NCBI GenBank assembly: GCA_964016885.1
Contig: OZ024744.1
Coordinates: 109,492,001 to 109,556,000, forward strand
Direction: 5' to 3'
Length of the DNA: 64,000 nucleotides
Origin: Eledone cirrhosa
Taxonomy: Eukaryota
Below the pieces are notes generated by a model. It worked only from the letters and a program-made list of their open reading frames with translations, ran no database searches and was not told the origin of the DNA. Shown here piece by piece: positions 47,401 to 62,400 of this stretch. Each line of letters starts with the position of its first letter. Within the stretch, counting starts at the first letter, position 1. A program made the translations under genes and the position numbers.

Positions 47401-50400
47401 GGACTAGAGAAATAATATCAGACTGAACCAATAGAGGGAACTAGAGAAATAATATCAGACTGAACCAATACAGGGAACTAGAGAAATAATATCAGACTGA
47501 ACCAATAGAGGGAACTAGAGAAATAATATCAGACTGAACCAATAGAGGGAACTTGAGAAATAATATCAGACTTAACCAATACAGGGAACTAGAGAAATAA
47601 TATCAGACTGAACCAATAGAGGGGACTAGAGAAATAATATCAGACTGAACCAATAGAGGGAACTAGAGAAATAATATCAGACTGAACCAATACAGGGAAC
47701 TAGAGAAATAATATCAGACTGAACCAATAGAGGGAACTTGAGAAATAATATCAGACTGAACCAATACAGGGAACTAGAGAAATAATATCAGACTGAATCA
47801 ATAGAGGGAACTAGAGAAATAATATCAGACTGAACCAATAGAGGGAACTAGAGAAATAATATCAGACTGAACCAATAGAGGGAACTTGAGAAATAATATC
47901 AGACTGAACCAATACAGGGAACTAGAGAAATAATATCAGACTGAACCAATACAGGGAACTAGAGAAATAATATCAGACTGAACCAATACAGGGAACTAGA
48001 GAAATAATATCAGACTGAACCAATAGAGGGAACTAGAGAAATAATATCAGACTGAACCAATACAGGGAACTAGAGAAATAATATCAGACTGAACCAATAC
48101 AGGGAACTAGAGAAATAATATCAGACTGAACCAATACAGGGAACTAGAGAAATAATATCAGACTGAACCAATAGAGGGAACTAGAGAAATAATATCAGAC
48201 TTAACCAATACAGGGAACTAGAGAAATAATTTCAGACTGAACCAATAGAGGGGACTAGAGAAATAATATCAGACTGAACCAATAGAGGGAACTAGAGAAA
48301 TAATATCAGACTGAACCAATACAGGGAACTAGAGAAATAATATCAGACTGAACCAATAGAGGGAACTAGAGAAATAATATCAGACTGAACCAATACAGGG
48401 AACTAGAGAAATAATATCAGACTGAACCAATACAGGGAACTAGAGAAATAATATCACACTGAACCAATACAGGGAACTAGAGAAATAATATCAGACTGAA
48501 CCAATACAGGGAACTAGAGAAATAATATCAGACTGAACCAATACAGGGAACTAGAGAAATAATATCAGACTGAACCAATACAGGGAACTAGAGAAATAAT
48601 ATCAGACTGAACCAATACAGGGAACTAGAGAAATAATATCAGACTGAACCAATACAAGGAACTAGAGAAATAATATCAGACTGAACCAATAGAGGGAACT
48701 AGAGAAATAATATCAGACTAAACCAATAGAGGGAACTAGAGAAATAATATCAGGCTGAACCAATAGAGGGAACTAGAGAAATAATATCAGACTGAACCAA
48801 TACAGGGAACTAGAGAAATAATATCAGACTGAACAAATACAGGGAACTAGAGAAATAATATCAGACTGAACCAATACAGGGAACTAGAGAAATAATATCA
48901 GATTGAACCAATACAGGGAACTTGAGAAATAATATCAGGCTGAACCAATACAGGGAACTAGAGAAATAATATCAGACTGAACCAATACAGGGAACTAGAG
49001 AAATAATATCAGACTGAACCAATACAGGGAACTAGAGAAATAATATCAGATTGAACCAATAGAGGGAACTAGAGAAATAATATCAGACTGAACCAATAGA
49101 GGGAACTAGAGAAATAATATCAGACTGAACCAATAGAGGGAACTAGAGAAATAATATCAGACTGAACCAATACAGGGAACTAGAGAAATAATATCAGACT
49201 GAACCAATACAGGGAACTAGAGAAATAATATCAGACTGAACCAATACAGGGAACTAGAGAAATAATATCAGACTGAACCAATACAGGGAACTAGAGAAAT
49301 AATATCAGACTGAACCAATACAGGGAACTAGAGAAATAATATCAGACTGAACCAATACAGGGAACTAGAGAAATAATATCAGATTGAACCAATAGAGGGA
49401 ACTAGAGAAATAATATCAGACTGAACCAATAGAGGGAACTAGAGAAATAATATCAGACTGAACCAATAGAGGGAACTAGAGAAATAATATCAGACTGAAC
49501 CAATACAGGGAACTAGAGAAATAATATCAGACTGAACCAATAGAGGGAACTAGAGAAATAATATCAGACTGAACCAATACAGAGAACTAGAGAAATAATA
49601 TCAGACTGAACCAATACAGGGAACTTGAGAAATAATATCAGACTGAACCAATAGAGGGAACTAGAGAAATAATATCAGACTGAACCAATACAGGGAACTA
49701 GAGAAATAATATCAGACTGAACCAATACAGGGAACTTGAGAAATAATATCAGACTGAACCAATATAGGGAACTAGAGAAATAATATCAGACTGAACAATA
49801 CAGGGAACTAGAGAAATAATATCAGACTGAACCAATACAGGGGACTAGAGACATAATATCAGACTGAACCAATACAGGGAACTTGAGAAATAATATCAGA
49901 CTGAACCAATACAGGGAACTAGAGAAATAATATCAGACTGAACCAATAGAGGGAACTAGAGAAATAATATCAGACTTAACCAATACAGGGAACTAGAGAA
50001 ATAATTTCAGACTGAACCAATAGAGGGGACTAGAGAAATAATATCAGACTGAACCAATAGAGGGAACTAGAGAAATAATATCAGACTGAACCAATACAGG
50101 GAACTAGAGAAATAATATCAGACTGAACCAATAGAGGGAACTAGAGAAATAATATCAGACTGAACCAATAGAGGGAACTTGAGAAATAATATCAGACTTA
50201 ACCAATACAGGGAACTAGAGAAATAATATCAGACTGAACCAATAGAGGGGACTAGAGAAATAATATCAGACTGAACCAATAGAGGGAACTAGAGAAATAA
50301 TATCAGACTGAACCAATACAGGGAACTAGAGAAATAATATCAGACTGAACCAATAGAGGGAACTTGAGAAATAATATCAGACTGAACCAATACAGGGAAC

Positions 50401-53400
50401 TAGAGAAATAATATCAGACTGAATCAATAGAGGGAACTAGAGAAATAATATCAGACTGAACCAATAGAGGGAACTAGAGAAATAATATCAGACTGAACCA
50501 ATAGAGGGAACTTGAGAAATAATATCAGACTGAACCAATACAGGGAACTAGAGAAATAATATCAGACTGAACCAATACAGGGAACTAGAGAAATAATATC
50601 AGACTGAACCAATACAGGGAACTAGAGAAATAATATCAGACTGAACCAATACAGGGAACTAGAGAAATAATATCAGACTGAACCAATAGAGGGAACTAGA
50701 GAAATAATATCAGACTGAACCAATACAGGGAACTAGAGAAATAATATCAGACTGAACCAATACAGGGAACTAGAGAAATAATATCAGACTGAACCAATAC
50801 AGGGAACTAGAGAAATAATATCAGACTGAACCAATACAAGGAACTAGAGAAATAATATCAGACTGAACCAATAGAGGGAACTAGAGAAATAATATCAGAC
50901 TAAACCAATAGAGGGAACTAGAGAAATAATATCAGGCTGAACCAATAGAGGGAACTAGAGAAATAATATCAGACTGAACCAATACAGGGAACTAGAGAAA
51001 TAATATCAGACTGAACAAATACAGGGAACTAGAGAAATAATATCAGACTGAACCAATACAGGGAACTAGAGAAATAATATCAGATTGAACCAATACAGGG
51101 AACTTGAGAAATAATATTAGACTGAACCAATACAGGGAACTAGAGAAATAATATCAGACTGAACCAATACAGGGAACTAGAGAAATAATATCAGACTGAA
51201 CCAATACAGGGAACTTGAGAAATAATATCAGACTGAACCAATATAGGGAACTAGAGAAATAATATCAGACTGAACAATACAGGGAACTAGAGAAATAATA
51301 TCAGACTGAACCAATACAGGGGACTAGAGACATAATATCAGACTGAACCAATACAGGGAACTTGAGAAATAATATCAGACTGAACCAATACAGGGAACTT
51401 GAGAAATAATATCAGACTGAACCAATAGAGGGAACTAGAGAAATAATATCAGACTGAACCAATACAGGGGACTAGAGACATAATATCAGACTGAACCAAT
51501 ACAGGGAACTAGAGAAATAATATCAGACTTAACCAATACAGGGAACTAGAGAAATAATTTCAGACTGAACCAATACAGGGAACTAGAGAAATAATATCAG
51601 ACTGAACCAATACAGGGAACTAGAGAAATAATATCAGACTGAACCAATACAGGGAACTAGAGATAGAATATCAGACTTAACCAATACAGGGAACTAGAGA
51701 AATAATATCAGACTGAACCAATACAGGGAACTAGAGATAGAATATCAGACTTAACCAATACAGGGAACTAGAGAAATAATATCAGACTGAACCAATACAA
51801 GGAACTTGAGAAATAATATCAGACTTAACCAATACAGGGAACTAGAGAAATAATATTAGACTGAACCAATAGAGGGGACTAGAGAAATAATATCAGACTG
51901 AACCAATAGAGGGAACTAGAGAAATAATATCAGACTGAACCAATACAGGGAACTAGAGAAATAATATCAGACTGAACCAATACAGGGAACTAGAGAAATA
52001 ATATCAGACTGAACCAATACAGGGAACTAGAGAAATAATATCAGACTGAACAAATAGAGGGAACTTGAGAAATAATATCAGACTGAACCAATATAGGGAA
52101 CTAGAGAAATAATATCAGGCTGAACCAATACAGGGAACTAGAGAAATAATATCAGACTGAACCAATACAGGGAACTAGAGAAATAATATCAGACTGAACC
52201 AATACAGGGAACTAGAGAAATAATATCAGATTGAACCAATAGAGGGAACTAGAGAAATAATATCAGACTGAACCAATAGAGGGAACTAGAGAAATAATAT
52301 CAGACTGAACCAATAGAGGGAACTAGAGAAATAATATCAGACTGAACCAATACAGGGAACTAGAGAAATAATATCAGACTGAACCAATACAGGGAACTAG
52401 AGAAATAATATCAGACTGAACCAATACAGGGAACTAGAGAAATAATATCAGACTGAACCAATACAGGGAACTAGAGAAATAATATCAGACTGAACCAATA
52501 CAGGGAACTAGAGAAATAATATCAGACTGAACCAATACAGGGAACTAGAGAAATAATATCAGATTGAACCAATAGAGGGAACTAGAGAAATAATATCAGA
52601 CTGAACCAATAGAGGGAACTAGAGAAATAATATCAGACTGAACCAATAGAGGGAACTAGAGAAATAATATCAGACTGAACCAATACAGGGAACTAGAGAA
52701 ATAATATCAGACTGAACCAATAGAGGGAACTAGAGAAATAATATCAGACTGAACCAATACAGGGAACTAGAGAAATAATATCAGACTGAACCAATACAGG
52801 GAACTAGAGAAATAATATCAGACTGAACCAATACAGGGAACTAGAGAAATAATATCAGACTGAACCAATACAGGGAACTAGAGAAATAATATCAGACTGA
52901 ACCAATACAGGGAACTAGAGAAATAATATCAGATTGAACCAATAGAGGGAACTAGAGAAATAATATCAGACTGAACCAATAGAGGGAACTAGAGAAATAA
53001 TATCAGACTGAACCAATAGAGGGAACTAGAGAAATAATATCAGACTGAACCAATACAGGGAACTAGAGAAATAATATCAGACTGAACCAATAGAGGGAAC
53101 TAGAGAAATAATATCAGACTGAACCAATACAGAGAACTAGAGAAATAATATCAGACTGAACCAATACAGGGAACTTGAGAAATAATATCAGACTGCACCA
53201 ATAGAGGGAACTAGAGAAATAATATCAGACTGAACCAATACAGGGAACTAGAGAAATAATATCAGACTGAACCAATACAGGGAACTTGAGAAATAATATC
53301 AGACTGAACCAATATAGGGAACTAGAGAAATAATATCAGACTGAACAATACAGGGAACTAGAGAAATAATATCAGACTGAACCAATACAGGGGACTAGAG

Positions 53401-56400
53401 ACATAATATCAGACTGAACCAATACAGGGAACTTGAGAAATAATATCAGACTGAACCAATACAGGGAACTAGAGAAATAATATCAGACTGAACCAATAGA
53501 GGGAACTAGAGAAATAATATCAGACTTAACCAATACAGGGAACTAGAGAAATAATTTCAGACTGAACCAATAGAGGGGACTAGAGAAATAATATCAGACT
53601 GAACCAATAGAGGGAACTAGAGAAATAATATCAGACTGAACCAATACAGGGAACTAGAGAAATAATATCAGACTGAACCAATAGAGGGAACTAGAGAAAT
53701 AATATCAGACTGAACCAATACAGGGAACTAGAGAAATAATATCAGACTGAACAAATAGAGGGAACTTGAGAAATAATATCAGACTGAACCAATATAGGGA
53801 ACTAGAGAAATAATATCAGGCTGAACCAATACAGGGAACTAGAGAAATAATATCAGACTGAACCAATACAGGGAACTAGAGAAATAATATCAGACTGAAC
53901 CAATACAGGGAACTAGAGAAATAATATCAGATTGAACCAATAGAGGGAACTAGAGAAATAATATCAGACTGAACCAATAGAGGGAACTAGAGAAATAATA
54001 TCAGACTGAACCAATAGAGGGAACTAGAGAAATAATATCAGACTGAACCAATACAGGGAACTAGAGAAATAATATCAGACTGAACCAATACAGGGAACTA
54101 GAGAAATAATATCAGACTGAACCAATACAGGGAACTAGAGAAATAATATCAGACTGAACCAATACAGGGAACTAGAGAAATAATATCAGACTGAACCAAT
54201 ACAGGGAACTAGAGAAATAATATCAGACTGAACCAATACAGGGAACTAGAGAAATAATATCAGATTGAACCAATAGAGGGAACTAGAGAAATAATATCAG
54301 ACTGAACCAATAGAGGGAACTAGAGAAATAATATCAGACTGAACCAATAGAGGGAACTAGAGAAATAATATCAGACTGAACCAATACAGGGAACTAGAGA
54401 AATAATATCAGACTGAACCAATAGAGGGAACTAGAGAAATAATATCAGACTGAACCAATACAGAGAACTAGAGAAATAATATCAGACTGAACCAATACAG
54501 GGAACTTGAGAAATAATATCAGACTGCACCAATAGAGGGAACTAGAGAAATAATATCAGACTGAACCAATACAGGGAACTAGAGAAATAATATCAGACTG
54601 AACCAATACAGGGAACTTGAGAAATAATATCAGACTGAACCAATATAGGGAACTAGAGAAATAATATCAGACTGAACAATACAGGGAACTAGAGAAATAA
54701 TATCAGACTGAACCAATACAGGGGACTAGAGACATAATATCAGACTGAACCAATACAGGGAACTTGAGAAATAATATCAGACTGAACCAATACAGGGAAC
54801 TAGAGAAATAATATCAGACTGAACCAATAGAGGGAACTAGAGAAATAATATCAGACTTAACCAATACAGGGAACTAGAGAAATAATTTCAGACTGAACCA
54901 ATAGAGGGGACTAGAGAAATAATATCAGACTGAACCAATAGAGGGAACTAGAGAAATAATATCAGACTGAACCAATACAGGGAACTAGAGAAATAATATC
55001 AGACTGAACCAATAGAGGGAACTAGAGAAATAATATCAGACTGAACCAATAGAGGGAACTTGAGAAATAATATCAGACTTAACCAATACAGGGAACTAGA
55101 GAAATAATATCAGACTGAACCAATAGAGGGGACTAGAGAAATAATATCAGACTGAACCAATAGAGGGAACTAGAGAAATAATATCAGACTGAACCAATAC
55201 AGGGAACTAGAGAAATAATATCAGACTGAACCAATAGAGGGAACTTGAGAAATAATATCAGACTGAACCAATACAGGGAACTAGAGAAATAATATCAGAC
55301 TGAATCAATAGAGGGAACTAGAGAAATAATATCAGACTGAACCAATAGAGGGAACTAGAGAAATAATATCAGACTGAACCAATAGAGGGAACTTGAGAAA
55401 TAATATCAGACTGAACCAATACAGGGAACTAGAGAAATAATATCAGACTGAACCAATACAGGGAACTAGAGAAATAATATCAGACTGAACCAATACAGGG
55501 AACTAGAGAAATAATATCAGACTGAACCAATAGAGGGAACTAGAGAAATAATATCAGACTGAACCAATACAGGGAACTAGAGAAATAATATCAGACTGAA
55601 CCAATACAGGGAACTAGAGAAATAATATCAGACTGAACCAATACAGGGAACTAGAGAAATAATATCAGACTGAACCAATACAAGGAACTAGAGAAATAAT
55701 ATCAGACTGAACCAATAGAGGGAACTAGAGAAATAATATCAGACTAAACCAATAGAGGGAACTAGAGAAATAATATCAGGCTGAACCAATAGAGGGAACT
55801 AGAGAAATAATATCAGACTGAACCAATACAGGGAACTAGAGAAATAATATCAGACTGAACAAATACAGGGAACTAGAGAAATAATATCAGACTGAACCAA
55901 TACAGGGAACTAGAGAAATAATATCAGATTGAACCAATACAGGGAACTTGAGAAATAATATCAGGCTGAACCAATACAGGGAACTAGAGAAATAATATCA
56001 GACTGAACCAATACAGGGAACTAGAGAAATAATATCAGACTGAACCAATACAGGGAACTAGAGAAATAATATCAGATTGAACCAATAGAGGGAACTAGAG
56101 AAATAATATCAGACTGAACCAATAGAGGGAACTAGAGAAATAATATCAGACTGAACCAATAGAGGGAACTAGAGAAATAATATCAGACTGAACCAATACA
56201 GGGAACTAGAGAAATAATATCAGACTGAACCAATACAGGGAACTAGAGAAATAATATCAGACTGAACCAATACAGGGAACTAGAGAAATAATATCAGACT
56301 GAACCAATACAGGGAACTAGAGAAATAATATCAGACTGAACCAATACAGGGAACTAGAGAAATAATATCAGACTGAACCAATACAGGGAACTAGAGAAAT

Positions 56401-59400
56401 AATATCAGATTGAACCAATAGAGGGAACTAGAGAAATAATATCAGACTGAACCAATAGAGGGAACTAGAGAAATAATATCAGACTGAACCAATACAGGGA
56501 ACTAGAGAAATAATATCAGACTGAACCAATAGAGGGAACTAGAGAAATAATATCAGACTGAACCAATACAGAGAACTAGAGAAATAATATCAGACTGAAC
56601 CAATACAGGGAACTTGAGAAATAATATCAGACTGCACCAATAGAGGGAACTAGAGAAATAATATCAGACTGAACCAATACAGGGAACTAGAGAAATAATA
56701 TCAGACTGAACCAATACAGGGAACTTGAGAAATAATATCAGACTGAACCAATATAGGGAACTAGAGAAATAATATCAGACTGAACAATACAGGGAACTAG
56801 AGAAATAATATCAGACTGAACCAATACAGGGGACTAGAGACATAATATCAGACTGAACCAATACAGGGAACTTGAGAAATAATATCAGACTGAACCAATA
56901 CAGGGAACTAGAGAAATAATATCAGACTGAACCAATAGAGGGAACTAGAGAAATAATATCAGACTTAACCAATACAGGGAACTAGAGAAATAATTTCAGA
57001 CTGAACCAATAGAGGGGACTAGAGAAATAATATCAGACTGAACCAATAGAGGGAACTAGAGAAATAATATCAGACTGAACCAATACAGGGAACTAGAGAA
57101 ATAATATCAGACTGAACCAATAGAGGGAACTAGAGAAATAATATCAGACTGAACCAATAGAGGGAACTTGAGAAATAATATCAGACTTAACCAATACAGG
57201 GAACTAGAGAAATAATATCAGACTGAACCAATAGAGGGGACTAGAGAAATAATATCAGACTGAACCAATAGAGGGAACTAGAGAAATAATATCAGACTGA
57301 ACCAATACAGGGAACTAGAGAAATAATATCAGACTGAACCAATAGAGGGAACTTGAGAAATAATATCAGACTGAACCAATACAGGGAACTAGAGAAATAA
57401 TATCAGACTGAATCAATAGAGGGAACTAGAGAAATAATATCAGACTGAACCAATAGAGGGAACTAGAGAAATAATATCAGACTGAACCAATAGAGGGAAC
57501 TTGAGAAATAATATCAGACTGAACCAATACAGGGAACTAGAGAAATAATATCAGACTGAACCAATACAGGGAACTAGAGAAATAATATCAGACTGAACCA
57601 ATACAGGGAACTAGAGAAATAATATCAGACTGAACCAATAGAGGGAACTAGAGAAATAATATCAGACTGAACCAATACAGGGAACTAGAGAAATAATATC
57701 AGACTGAACCAATACAGGGAACTAGAGAAATAATATCAGACTGAACCAATACAGGGAACTAGAGAAATAATATCAGACTGAACCAATACAAGGAACTAGA
57801 GAAATAATATCAGACTGAACCAATAGAGGGAACTAGAGAAATAATATCAGACTAAACCAATAGAGGGAACTAGAGAAATAATATCAGGCTGAACCAATAG
57901 AGGGAACTAGAGAAATAATATCAGACTGAACCAATACAGGGAACTAGAGAAATAATATCAGACTGAACAAATACAGGGAACTAGAGAAATAATATCAGAC
58001 TGAACCAATACAGGGAACTAGAGAAATAATATCAGATTGAACCAATACAGGGAACTTGAGAAATAATATCAGGCTGAACCAATACAGGGAACTAGAGAAA
58101 TAATATCAGACTGAACCAATACAGGGAACTAGAGAAATAATATCAGACTGAACCAATACAGGGAACTAGAGAAATAATATCAGATTGAACCAATAGAGGG
58201 AACTAGAGAAATAATATCAGACTGAACCAATAGAGGGAACTAGAGAAATAATATCAGACTGAACCAATAGAGGGAACTAGAGAAATAATATCAGACTGAA
58301 CCAATACAGGGAACTAGAGAAATAATATCAGACTGAACCAATACAGGGAACTAGAGAAATAATATCAGACTGAACCAATACAGGGAACTAGAGAAATAAT
58401 ATCAGACTGAACCAATACAGGGAACTAGAGAAATAATATCAGACTGAACCAATACAGGGAACTAGAGAAATAATATCAGACTGAACCAATACAGGGAACT
58501 AGAGAAATAATATCAGATTGAACCAATAGAGGGAACTAGAGAAATAATATCAGACTGAACCAATAGAGGGAACTAGAGAAATAATATCAGACTGAACCAA
58601 TAGAGGGAACTAGAGAAATAATATCAGACTGAACCAATACAGGGAACTAGAGAAATAATATCAGACTGAACCAATAGAGGGAACTAGAGAAATAATATCA
58701 GACTGAACCAATACAGAGAACTAGAGAAATAATATCAGACTGAACCAATACAGGGAACTTGAGAAATAATATCAGACTGAACCAATAGAGGGAACTAGAG
58801 AAATAATATCAGACTGAACCAATACAGGGAACTAGAGAAATAATATCAGACTGAACCAATACAGGGAACTTGAGAAATAATATCAGACTGAACCAATATA
58901 GGGAACTAGAGAAATAATATCAGACTGAACAATACAGGGAACTAGAGAAATAATATCAGACTGAACCAATACAGGGGACTAGAGACATAATATCAGACTG
59001 AACCAATACAGGGAACTTGAGAAATAATATCAGACTGAACCAATACAGGGAACTAGAGAAATAATATCAGACTGAACCAATAGAGGGAACTAGAGAAATA
59101 ATATCAGACTTAACCAATACAGGGAACTAGAGAAATAATTTCAGACTGAACCAATAGAGGGGACTAGAGAAATAATATCAGACTGAACCAATAGAGGGAA
59201 CTAGAGAAATAATATCAGACTGAACCAATACAGGGAACTAGAGAAATAATATCAGACTGAACCAATAGAGGGAACTAGAGAAATAATATCAGACTGAACC
59301 AATAGAGGGAACTTGAGAAATAATATCAGACTTAACCAATACAGGGAACTAGAGAAATAATATCAGACTGAACCAATAGAGGGGACTAGAGAAATAATAT

Positions 59401-62400
59401 CAGACTGAACCAATAGAGGGAACTAGAGAAATAATATCAGACTGAACCAATACAGGGAACTAGAGAAATAATATCAGACTGAACCAATAGAGGGAACTTG
59501 AGAAATAATATCAGACTGAACCAATACAGGGAACTAGAGAAATAATATCAGACTGAATCAATAGAGGGAACTAGAGAAATAATATCAGACTGAACCAATA
59601 GAGGGAACTAGAGAAATAATATCAGACTGAACCAATAGAGGGAACTTGAGAAATAATATCAGACTGAACCAATACAGGGAACTAGAGAAATAATATCAGA
59701 CTGAACCAATACAGGGAACTAGAGAAATAATATCAGACTGAACCAATACAGGGAACTAGAGAAATAATATCAGACTGAACCAATACAGGGAACTAGAGAA
59801 ATAATATCAGACTGAACCAATAGAGGGAACTAGAGAAATAATATCAGACTGAACCAATACAGGGAACTAGAGAAATAATATCAGACTGAACCAATACAGG
59901 GAACTAGAGAAATAATATCAGACTGAACCAATACAGGGAACTAGAGAAATAATATCAGACTGAACCAATACAAGGAACTAGAGAAATAATATCAGACTGA
60001 ACCAATAGAGGGAACTAGAGAAATAATATCAGACTAAACCAATAGAGGGAACTAGAGAAATAATATCAGGCTGAACCAATAGAGGGAACTAGAGAAATAA
60101 TATCAGACTGAACCAATACAGGGAACTAGAGAAATAATATCAGACTGAACAAATACAGGGAACTAGAGAAATAATATCAGACTGAACCAATACAGGGAAC
60201 TAGAGAAATAATATCAGATTGAACCAATACAGGGAACTTGAGAAATAATATTAGACTGAACCAATACAGGGAACTAGAGAAATAATATCAGACTGAACCA
60301 ATACAGGGAACTAGAGAAATAATATCAGACTGAACCAATACAGGGAACTTGAGAAATAATATCAGACTGAACCAATATAGGGAACTAGAGAAATAATATC
60401 AGACTGAACAATACAGGGAACTAGAGAAATAATATCAGACTGAACCAATACAGGGGACTAGAGACATAATATCAGACTGAACCAATACAGGGAACTTGAG
60501 AAATAATATCAGACTGAACCAATACAGGGAACTTGAGAAATAATATCAGACTGAACCAATAGAGGGAACTAGAGAAATAATATCAGACTGAACCAATACA
60601 GGGGACTAGAGACATAATATCAGACTGAACCAATACAGGGAACTAGAGAAATAATATCAGACTTAACCAATACAGGGAACTAGAGAAATAATTTCAGACT
60701 GAACCAATACAGGGAACTAGAGAAATAATATCAGACTGAACCAATACAGGGAACTAGAGAAATAATATCAGACTGAACCAATACAGGGAACTAGAGATAG
60801 AATATCAGACTTAACCAATACAGGGAACTAGAGAAATAATATCAGACTGAACCAATACAGGGAACTAGAGATAGAATATCAGACTTAACCAATACAGGGA
60901 ACTAGAGAAATAATATCAGACTGAACCAATACAAGGAACTTGAGAAATAATATCAGACTTAACCAATACAGGGAACTAGAGAAATAATATTAGACTGAAC
61001 CAATAGAGGGGACTAGAGAAATAATATCAGACTGAACCAATAGAGGGAACTAGAGAAATAATATCAGACTGAACCAATACAGGGAACTAGAGAAATAATA
61101 TCAGACTGAACCAATACAGGGAACTAGAGAAATAATATCAGACTGAACCAATACAGGGAACTAGAGAAATAATATCAGACTGAACAAATAGAGGGAACTT
61201 GAGAAATAATATCAGACTGAACCAATATAGGGAACTAGAGAAATAATATCAGGCTGAACCAATACAGGGAACTAGAGAAATAATATCAGACTGAACCAAT
61301 ACAGGGAACTAGAGAAATAATATCAGACTGAACCAATACAGGGAACTAGAGAAATAATATCAGATTGAACCAATAGAGGGAACTAGAGAAATAATATCAG
61401 ACTGAACCAATAGAGGGAACTAGAGAAATAATATCAGACTGAACCAATAGAGGGAACTAGAGAAATAATATCAGACTGAACCAATACAGGGAACTAGAGA
61501 AATAATATCAGACTGAACCAATACAGGGAACTAGAGAAATAATATCAGACTGAACCAATACAGGGAACTAGAGAAATAATATCAGACTGAACCAATACAG
61601 GGAACTAGAGAAATAATATCAGACTGAACCAATACAGGGAACTAGAGAAATAATATCAGACTGAACCAATACAGGGAACTAGAGAAATAATATCAGATTG
61701 AACCAATAGAGGGAACTAGAGAAATAATATCAGACTGAACCAATAGAGGGAACTAGAGAAATAATATCAGACTGAACCAATAGAGGGAACTAGAGAAATA
61801 ATATCAGACTGAACCAATACAGGGAACTAGAGAAATAATATCAGACTGAACCAATAGAGGGAACTAGAGAAATAATATCAGACTGAACCAATACAGAGAA
61901 CTAGAGAAATAATATCAGACTGAACCAATACAGGGAACTTGAGAAATAATATCAGACTGAACCAATAGAGGGAACTAGAGAAATAATATCAGACTGAACC
62001 AATACAGGGAACTAGAGAAATAATATCAGACTGAACCAATACAGGGAACTTGAGAAATAATATCAGACTGAACCAATATAGGGAACTAGAGAAATAATAT
62101 CAGACTGAACAATACAGGGAACTAGAGAAATAATATCAGACTGAACCAATACAGGGGACTAGAGACATAATATCAGACTGAACCAATACAGGGAACTTGA
62201 GAAATAATATCAGACTGAACCAATACAGGGAACTAGAGAAATAATATCAGACTGAACCAATAGAGGGAACTAGAGAAATAATATCAGACTTAACCAATAC
62301 AGGGAACTAGAGAAATAATTTCAGACTGAACCAATAGAGGGGACTAGAGAAATAATATCAGACTGAACCAATAGAGGGAACTAGAGAAATAATATCAGAC